From assembly GCA_964574655.1 (NCBI GenBank), contig CAZNOH010000001.1, forward strand, positions 471,020 through 535,019: 64,000 bases of DNA. Direction: 5' to 3'. The stretch's first letter is position 1; each line of letters begins with the position of its first letter. A model generated the notes under the pieces. That model had not been told where the DNA came from and ran no database searches. It saw only the letters and a program-made list of their open reading frames with translations. This DNA comes from an uncultured Candidatus Saccharibacteria bacterium. Its GTDB lineage: Bacteria > Patescibacteriota > JABMPQ01 > JAQVVF01. A program made the translations under genes and the position numbers. Shown piece by piece: positions 51,799-57,836 of the stretch.

Positions 51799-51863
51799 AT
51801 AATATTGTTCTTTTACATTTTTACTCCCAAATATATAGGCCAGACAACAGAGGAGGAAGGAAG

Positions 51864-52697
51864 ATGACAACGAGACTGATGTTTTTGTGTGTACTTTTCG
51901 CTACTCTCTTTCTTGCGTCATGCAAAAAAGAAGTCAAGGAAGGACAAGTTCGACAAGATGTTGATCAGTTTTATATTTCTATGACCAGACAACATTCTAG
52001 TGGAAATTTGAATTGCAGTTTTTCCATTTCTGATGTCAGCGAGATTGAAAAACTTAGCCGTGATGAAAAAGTTGAGTTAAAAGTAAGACTTGTTGTAACA
52101 AAAAATTGCGTTCGCAAAGAAAACCTTAGTATTTCCCAAACCATTGCCGGCACATTTGATGATAATATGGCCAATCGCGAACCAGGAATTTTTGTATATC
52201 AGGAATGTTTGTCATTGTCTTATGAAATTTTTGATAACGGCTTTAAACTGCGAAATACTTCTATCGATGATAGCTGTCCAGAATCAGCAGACTTCAAAGC
52301 TAGTCAAAAAACTAGGCTTGATACTTTACTGAAAGAAACTGCTTTGGCGGCGTGCACATGCAAGCATGAAAAATGCGAGCCTGGGATGATGGAAGATGCC
52401 TGTGGCATAAAAGCTGAAAGAGATTTAAATGGCGATGGCTTAGTTGAAATTTTGGTGGGCGATACCTGTGGCGGAAATGCTTATATTTGTGGCTTCAGAT
52501 TATGGTCATTGCTCAATGGATTGCCAACTATTATTTTTGAGGATACGAATCTTACAGACCTGCAGGAAATTAAAGCAAATTCAAATGGTAAATTTCCTGT
52601 AATTGAATCAACAGATATTTCATATGATGAAAAATTTTTCTATTTGTATGGTTTCTCTGAAAAGTCAAAATTATACCAACTCATAAAAAAAGGATAG
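51864..52697 (+). CDS. lipoprotein (hypothetical), tandem paralog 2
   Basis: Lipobox LFLASC. LLKETALAACTCK identical to paralog 1. ERDLNGDGLVEILVGD. Confidence 0.7.
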   Translation: MTTRLMFLCVLFATLFLASCKKEVKEGQVRQDVDQFYISMTRQHSSGNLNCSFSISDVSEIEKLSRDEKVELKVRLVVTKNCVRKENLSISQTIAGTFDDNMANREPGIFVYQECLSLSYEIFDNGFKLRNTSIDDSCPESADFKASQKTRLDTLLKETALAACTCKHEKCEPGMMEDACGIKAERDLNGDGLVEILVGDTCGGNAYICGFRLWSLLNGLPTIIFEDTNLTDLQEIKANSNGKFPVIESTDISYDEKFFYLYGFSEKSKLYQLIKKG

Positions 52698-52702
52698 AAA
52701 AA

Positions 52703-52954
52703 ATAAGGACAATTCAATTCAATGGCTTACCTGTCGGGGTAGACATTTATGTTGATGGCAAATTTGCTGGCGTGGCAAAACCTTGTTCTTCTGAGCCTAA
52801 CAATGGCTGTCTGAATGCAGATGTTAAGCAGACTAAAGCAAGAATTGTGATTAAAAAAGCTGGATATAAAACTTCAATTACGGATTGGGATTGGAATATG
52901 CTAGGCAGAATTAATGAAGGAGGTTGGTTTAGCTATTTATTAGAAAAAGAGTAA
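52703..52954 (+). pseudogene. PEGA-like domain coding fragment with no in-frame ATG (the ORF track calls a GTG at 52772). Possible remnant or frameshifted C-terminal extension of the upstream lipoprotein
   Basis: Open frame from 52661. IRTIQFNGLPVGVDIYVDGKFAGVAKP...ARIVIKKAGYKTSITDWDW is a recognisable PEGA/carboxypeptidase-regulatory-like beta-sandwich motif. The only start candidates are GTG 52772 (mid-domain) or non-canonical codons. Confidence 0.3.
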
Positions 52955-52958
52955 AAAT

Positions 52959-52986
52959 TTACCGAAAGTTATCTTTCGGTTTTTAT
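52959..52986 (+). terminator. Rho-independent terminator (copy 2 of the duplicated element)
   Basis: aaatttaccgaaagttatctttcggttttt, identical to 51735-51765. Confidence 0.75.
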
Positions 52987-53038
52987 TTTGCAAAAAATAT
53001 GCTATACTTTAATTTCTAATAAGTAATTTTTAAAAAGC

Positions 53039-53704
53039 ATGAAGAAAATTTTATGCGTTGTAATGGCAATGTGTTTCCTTGTTTCATTGTCATTTGCATT
53101 AAACGCATCAGCAAAAAATGTTAAAAAGAACAAGCCATTAAATGTGACAGTTGATTCATCTGTGCAGGTTCCGGAAAATTTGAAAGTGCTGGATAGAAGA
53201 TCGACAACTAGCCATGTCATTTGGGACGAGGTAGAAGAAGCAGATAAATATGAATTGAGAATTGCTGATAATAATGAGATTGTTTTGGGTTATCTTAGGT
53301 CAAATATTAATTATAAAACTGTTTCTAGTAAATGGTTGGTTTCTAACAAAACTTATAAAATTGCTGTCAGGACAATAAATGGAGCTTTGGCTAGCGAATG
53401 GAGCTCGTATGTTTCTTTCAGGACTAAACCAGCAAAAGTGAAAAATGTTTTAGTCACGAGCATAACTGAAAATTCAGCTGTTGTTTCTTGGAATGCTTGC
53501 AGAGGTTCAAATTTAAAATATCTTGTAAAATTAACTGATGGAAGCAACGAATTAATATCAACTAATTATGTAGCTGGCAGAACTCTAACATTGTCAGGAT
53601 TATCATCAAATACTGCCTACAAAGTTAAAGTACAAGCTCAAAACATCACTAAAAATTCTGATAAAGGCGCTTTGTCTGAAGAAGTTTTATTTGAAACGCT
53701 TTAA
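53039..53704 (+). CDS. secreted protein with two fibronectin type III-like domains
   Basis: Signal peptide MKKILCVVMAMCFLVSLSFALNASA. Two about 90-aa units with the FN3 pattern (PxNLKVLDRRSTTSHVIWDEV...YELRI...Y.I.VRT.N and PAKVKNVLVTSITENSAVVSWNA...YLVKL...AYKVKVQAQN). Confidence 0.7.
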   Translation: MKKILCVVMAMCFLVSLSFALNASAKNVKKNKPLNVTVDSSVQVPENLKVLDRRSTTSHVIWDEVEEADKYELRIADNNEIVLGYLRSNINYKTVSSKWLVSNKTYKIAVRTINGALASEWSSYVSFRTKPAKVKNVLVTSITENSAVVSWNACRGSNLKYLVKLTDGSNELISTNYVAGRTLTLSGLSSNTAYKVKVQAQNITKNSDKGALSEEVLFETL

Positions 53705-53721
53705 ATTAATAATAATTTAAA

Positions 53722-53753
53722 TAAAAAAGCCGAAGAATTTTCTTCGGTTTTTG
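53722..53753. terminator. bidirectional Rho-independent terminator between convergent genes
   Basis: aaaaaagccgaaga-attt-tcttcggttttt. Confidence 0.7.
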
Positions 53754-53772
53754 ATTGAGCAAAAATAGAACA

Positions 53773-54768
53773 TTATTTTTTTTCTAATGCAATTGAAACC
53801 TTTACTGCTGTGCTAAGTGTTTGATCTTCCGGATAAATTGCGATAACCTTAGTTGGGTCAAACAGATAAGCAAGATTGGAGCACTTGGTACATTTTTCTT
53901 GACCGGTTGTCCAATAAAATCCGATATTAATTTTTCTTGCATTCGGTTGCTGGCTCAAAGATGTCAAATAGCTTGCTGTTGCAAGCGCTGTTTTGAATTC
54001 AATAATTCTAATAAGAAATGAACCGTATTCATATTCATAGGCCTTCTTGAATCCCTTGATCTGCTTAGAATAATCGCTACTAGTTCTGGCTTCTTTTAGA
54101 ACGTTGCCTAAAATATTTCCAGGAATTAACAGCTTTTCAGATGACTTAATCTTGGAAATTGATGGCCTTTTTTCTACATCATCTTCTTCAACTTGAATTA
54201 GCGAATCGTCCTCAGATTGACTTGACCTCGGCTTTGATTTTGCTGTTGGCTTTTCATCTGATTCTGAATCGTCAGGATTAATACATTGATTTCGACGATT
54301 AACGAAACAAATAGCTGTGCCGGTTGCCTTGGTGTGCATTCGTTGTGCATTAACATCAACTTTTCCGCCTCGTGCATAGTATTCTACTGATGTTGAGTAA
54401 CGGACATTGATTATTGCACCTAGAATTGAACCATATTGATCATAAGCACGATCGAGCATAAGCCTTGTTGCTTGCTGGTAGTCTGGTTTCAAATCATCAG
54501 GTGGCGCTTCAAGAATATAGCTTTTTTTGTGTACTTTTGTGTCGCCATACTTTTTAAAATTTCTTTCATAGCTTTTTAATTCTGGTGTTGATCTTTTGGA
54601 AAAGTAGGAAGGAACACCTGTTGCTTCTACTTTTCCTAAAACCTTATATTGCCGGCCAGGATTGCCAGATGTATAGGCTTTGATTCTTTCAGGTGACCAA
54701 ATCAGCATTCGACCGCATGACGACAAAAAAATTGACAACAGAATAATAACGATGGCTTGTTGCCTCAT
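53773..54768 (-). CDS. lipoprotein (hypothetical) with acidic/Ser-rich central linker
   Basis: Lipobox IFLSSCG. SD CAAGGAGGCAGGGAAATG on the minus strand. Confidence 0.65.
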   Translation of the reverse strand: MRQQAIVIILLSIFLSSCGRMLIWSPERIKAYTSGNPGRQYKVLGKVEATGVPSYFSKRSTPELKSYERNFKKYGDTKVHKKSYILEAPPDDLKPDYQQATRLMLDRAYDQYGSILGAIINVRYSTSVEYYARGGKVDVNAQRMHTKATGTAICFVNRRNQCINPDDSESDEKPTAKSKPRSSQSEDDSLIQVEEDDVEKRPSISKIKSSEKLLIPGNILGNVLKEARTSSDYSKQIKGFKKAYEYEYGSFLIRIIEFKTALATASYLTSLSQQPNARKINIGFYWTTGQEKCTKCSNLAYLFDPTKVIAIYPEDQTLSTAVKVSIALEKK

Positions 54769-54853
54769 TTCCCTGCCTCCTTGTTCCCTTTCTTTGTGTA
54801 AGGTGCGAGTAATAATATAATACTTTAAAAATTGATGATTGTCAAGTTAAATT

Positions 54854-54882
54854 TGACAAAAATTATTTATTATCTTATATTA
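54854..54882 (+). promoter_or_regulatory. candidate sigma70-type promoter in divergent intergenic region (-35 TTGACA, -10 TATATT)
   Basis: atttgacaaaaattatttattatcttatatta. The TGTTCTTTTAAAA leader motif is at 54906. SD GAGGAGGAAGGAATG. Confidence 0.45.
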
Positions 54883-54949
54883 TATAGTTGCATTATGTTT
54901 GTAATGTTCTTTTAAAATTTAATTTCCCGCGAGAAAAGAGGAGGAAGGA

Positions 54950-56335
54950 ATGAAAGACAATGCCAGAAAGTTTTCTTTGGCAATTTTTGTGGCGATTTTG
55001 GTTTGTTTTTTGATGCCTTTTTTGGATTTGTCGTGCGGAGAACAAAAAATTGTCAACTTAACTGGATTGGAACTTATTACTGGAAAAACAATTGCAGATT
55101 CAAGTATTTACGGCGTGGAAAATAATCATACTCATCCGCATCTGTTGGTTATTTTAGCTTCTTTATGCTCAATTGCAGGTTTTGTTTTTGTTTATGTGAA
55201 GGGCAAATCAAGGCTTATTTCTTCGGCATTAAGCTTGCTGGGATTTGTTTTTTTACTGAAGTTTAAAATTCTGATGGATGGCAATATTGCTGAAAAAGGC
55301 GATGGCATGATTTTTGCTGACTGGCGATATGGTTTTTGGTTGGCATGCGTTCTATTTATCTTGGCATCTGTTATTTGCTTGGTTGCTTATTATCGGGAAA
55401 AAAGTAAGACAGTTGTTTCTGGCACGATGATTAGTTGTTTTGCTGTTTTTTTTGTTGCTTTGATAGGATATAACTGCAATTCGAATAAAACACCATCTTT
55501 TAGAGAATTAGCGAAATCTGACGCTTCTTGGGATTTACATCCTATTTGGCATCCACAGAAAAACATTGTTATTTTTGAACGCTGGGATGAGAATATTGGC
55601 TGGAATACTTACCAATTGAACATGAATGATTTTGCTATTGCCAGATTTAAGCCTGCAAGCAACTTTGATGATTATAATAGCATTGATTGGTTTTCTGATG
55701 GCAATAGTTTTGTCTTTTGGACTGGCGGAAATGTGAATGCGCCTCCTAAAATTTGGCGTTATGATTCGAATAATCAGGTTTCTGAATTAGCTGACAATGC
55801 TGCTCATCCGTGCTGGATTAATAATTATAAAAGCATTATTTATATGGACACGCAACGCGGTGATTCGATTTGGCTGATGGATGGCAATGGCAATAATAAA
55901 CGCCTTCTAATTAAACCAGGTTCCGCTCCTGATTGCATGGCAGACGGCGAATGGTTTGTTTATAATTCAAGACCGTCAAGAGATGATTTTAGAGGAAATA
56001 TTTATGCTTTTAACATTGCCAGCCAACAGATGATTTCTATCACAAATAGTGATAATGCCAAAAGTGCCAGTTTTTCTTTTGATGGTAAAAAAGTAGTCTA
56101 TGTTAGAATTGTTCTTCCAGAAAAATATGATAGAGATAAAGAAGTAATAATTGAGAGCAGTAAATACCAAATAGTTGTTGTTGATTTTCCAAGCCTAGAA
56201 AATGAAAGAGTCATTTTTGAGAGTTTGGGTATTGTTGAGTGCACTCCAACGATATCTCCTAATAGTAAGCACTTGGCATGGTGCCATAGCGAAGGGGGGC
56301 GTAAATTTAGTCACATACGATTTCTTGAACTTTGA
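54950..56335 (+). CDS. membrane-anchored TolB-like beta-propeller protein
   Basis: Four N-terminal TM helices (about 180 aa), then a WD40/PD40-like repeat pattern (SIDWFSDGNSFVFW, SIIYMDTQRGDSIWLMDGNG, NIYAFNIASQQ, FSFDGKKVVYV). Confidence 0.6.
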   Translation: MKDNARKFSLAIFVAILVCFLMPFLDLSCGEQKIVNLTGLELITGKTIADSSIYGVENNHTHPHLLVILASLCSIAGFVFVYVKGKSRLISSALSLLGFVFLLKFKILMDGNIAEKGDGMIFADWRYGFWLACVLFILASVICLVAYYREKSKTVVSGTMISCFAVFFVALIGYNCNSNKTPSFRELAKSDASWDLHPIWHPQKNIVIFERWDENIGWNTYQLNMNDFAIARFKPASNFDDYNSIDWFSDGNSFVFWTGGNVNAPPKIWRYDSNNQVSELADNAAHPCWINNYKSIIYMDTQRGDSIWLMDGNGNNKRLLIKPGSAPDCMADGEWFVYNSRPSRDDFRGNIYAFNIASQQMISITNSDNAKSASFSFDGKKVVYVRIVLPEKYDRDKEVIIESSKYQIVVVDFPSLENERVIFESLGIVECTPTISPNSKHLAWCHSEGGRKFSHIRFLEL

Positions 56336-56363
56336 ACAGCTTATTTATAAGCTGTTTTTTTAT
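56336..56363 (+). terminator. Rho-independent terminator
   Basis: acagcttat-ttat-aagctgt followed by tttttt. Confidence 0.7.
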
Positions 56364-56374
56364 TAACAATTTAT

Positions 56375-56403
56375 TTGTTGCTTTATTAAAAATGTGCTAT
56401 AAT
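56375..56403 (+). promoter_or_regulatory. promoter: -35 TTGTTG, 17-nt spacer, extended -10 TGcTATAAT
   Basis: ttgttgctttattaaaaatgtgctataat read directly. Confidence 0.5.
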
Positions 56404-56428
56404 TTTATTGTTAAATTTGATTTGAGAT

Positions 56429-56920
56429 ATGAAAACAAAAAAAGAAATTACAATTAATGATTTGGCCAAGTTACTTGAAAAGCTTGGCGAAAAAGTTGAA
56501 AAGTTATCTGTGAAAATGGATACAGGTTTTAAGAAAAATGACGTGCGATTTTTTAGTTTAGAGAGAAAGATGGAGACTGGTTTTAAAAACCAAGAAAAAA
56601 AGTTAGAAGAAAAATTCGACAAAAAAATTTCAGAGCTTGCGTTGATGGTTGCAAAAGGTTTTAAAGAAACTGCATCTAAAGAAGAAGCTGCTACAAAAAT
56701 AGATATAGAAAATTTAAATTTAAAGATTGATAATGTTGAAGAATCTTTGATAAATAAAATTGATTCTGCAAAAGGTGATGTAATTCTGATTATTAGAAAA
56801 TTAGATGAAAAGATAATTGTTTTAGTTGATTTTCTTAAGGGTCATCAAATTTTAAACGATGTTGAATACGAAAAGCTATGCAAAATAAAGGCTTTTCAAA
56901 CTATTGAGCTTAAGTCTTAA
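56429..56920 (+). CDS. K/E-rich coiled-coil protein (hypothetical)
   Basis: 163 aa, heptad-like LEKLGEKVEKLSVKMD..., with no TM or signal peptide. Confidence 0.5.
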   Translation: MKTKKEITINDLAKLLEKLGEKVEKLSVKMDTGFKKNDVRFFSLERKMETGFKNQEKKLEEKFDKKISELALMVAKGFKETASKEEAATKIDIENLNLKIDNVEESLINKIDSAKGDVILIIRKLDEKIIVLVDFLKGHQILNDVEYEKLCKIKAFQTIELKS

Positions 56921-56945
56921 TTTTAAAAATAAATAACACAACAAA

Positions 56946-57704
56946 ATGAGACAAAAAAGATTTTTGGTGTTGTCGCTTGTTTTAGGAAGCGCGTTGTTGA
57001 TAACAACAGCTTTTGCAAGTGCAACATCCGTATGGACAACTGATTCTATGCTAGTAAAGAAAGTAGCAACAGTTGGAACAAATAGCAATAAAGGACAATT
57101 GCTAGTAAAAGGTTTTATCAGAAATCCTGTCAAAGGCAAAAAAGTTTATGTAAAAGATCATTTGAAAGTTCAAGGCAATGTTCAAGTTGGCGGAATTTTG
57201 CAAGGAAACAATATTGTAAGTGCTGACAATCTTGGAACTGGTGTTGTAACTGAAACAAAATTGGGAACTGGCGCGGTAACTGCTGATAAATTAGGAACAG
57301 GCGCTGTAACAACTGATAAATTAGGAACAGGCGCGGTATCTTCTGCAAAAATTGCTGATGACGCTGTAAATGCTGATAAATTAGATTTTTCGATTGATGG
57401 CGTGGTAAAGGCGGCGGCGTATGGAACACAAGCAACTTGCAATAGTACTGCTTTGGCAAGATCTTTTAATAAGTTGGCTTCTAGTAGCGCAACTTGTTCA
57501 CGTACAAGTACTGGTATTTATACTGTAAATTTTAACACGACTATAAGTAGTAGATTTTTTCAGGTTACGCCGTTACACACTTCAGATATTTATCCGGTCA
57601 TTAACTCTTTACCTTCTAGCACAATAGAAATTTATTTTTATGATGCTGCTGGGGCTACTGCCGACTTAACTGATCCAACTGGATTTTATATAACTGTTTA
57701 TTAA
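56946..57704 (+). CDS. secreted surface protein, paralog of 18015..18548, with an inserted KLGTGAVTxD repeat array
   Basis: MRQKRFLVLSLVLGSALLITTAFASATSVWTTDSMLVKKVATVGTNSNKGQLLVKGFIRNPVKGKKV aligns to the 18015 gene. Four tandem (K/N)LGTG(A/V)VT(A/T/E)(D/T) units. Shared C-terminal GFYITVY. Confidence 0.7.
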   Translation: MRQKRFLVLSLVLGSALLITTAFASATSVWTTDSMLVKKVATVGTNSNKGQLLVKGFIRNPVKGKKVYVKDHLKVQGNVQVGGILQGNNIVSADNLGTGVVTETKLGTGAVTADKLGTGAVTTDKLGTGAVSSAKIADDAVNADKLDFSIDGVVKAAAYGTQATCNSTALARSFNKLASSSATCSRTSTGIYTVNFNTTISSRFFQVTPLHTSDIYPVINSLPSSTIEIYFYDAAGATADLTDPTGFYITVY

Positions 57705-57728
57705 AAAGTTAAGTGTTTATTATAGTTC

Positions 57729-57763
57729 TAACTTCCTTGCTAAAATGCAGGGAAGTTTTTTTA
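57729..57763 (+). terminator. Rho-independent terminator
   Basis: aacttccttgc-taaaat-gcagggaagtt followed by ttttttt. Confidence 0.65.
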
Positions 57764-57796
57764 TTGATGGACTTTTTGTAATTTGATTTCTTGTAT

Positions 57797-57821
57797 AAAA
57801 AAACCACAGATAAATCTGTGG
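57797..57821 (-). terminator. Rho-independent terminator for the minus-strand MopE/LamG gene
   Basis: Minus-strand reading ccacagat-tt-atctgtgg followed by ttttttt, ending 16 nt from the stop codon. Confidence 0.7.
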
Positions 57822-57836
57822 TAATAGAAAGTACAA

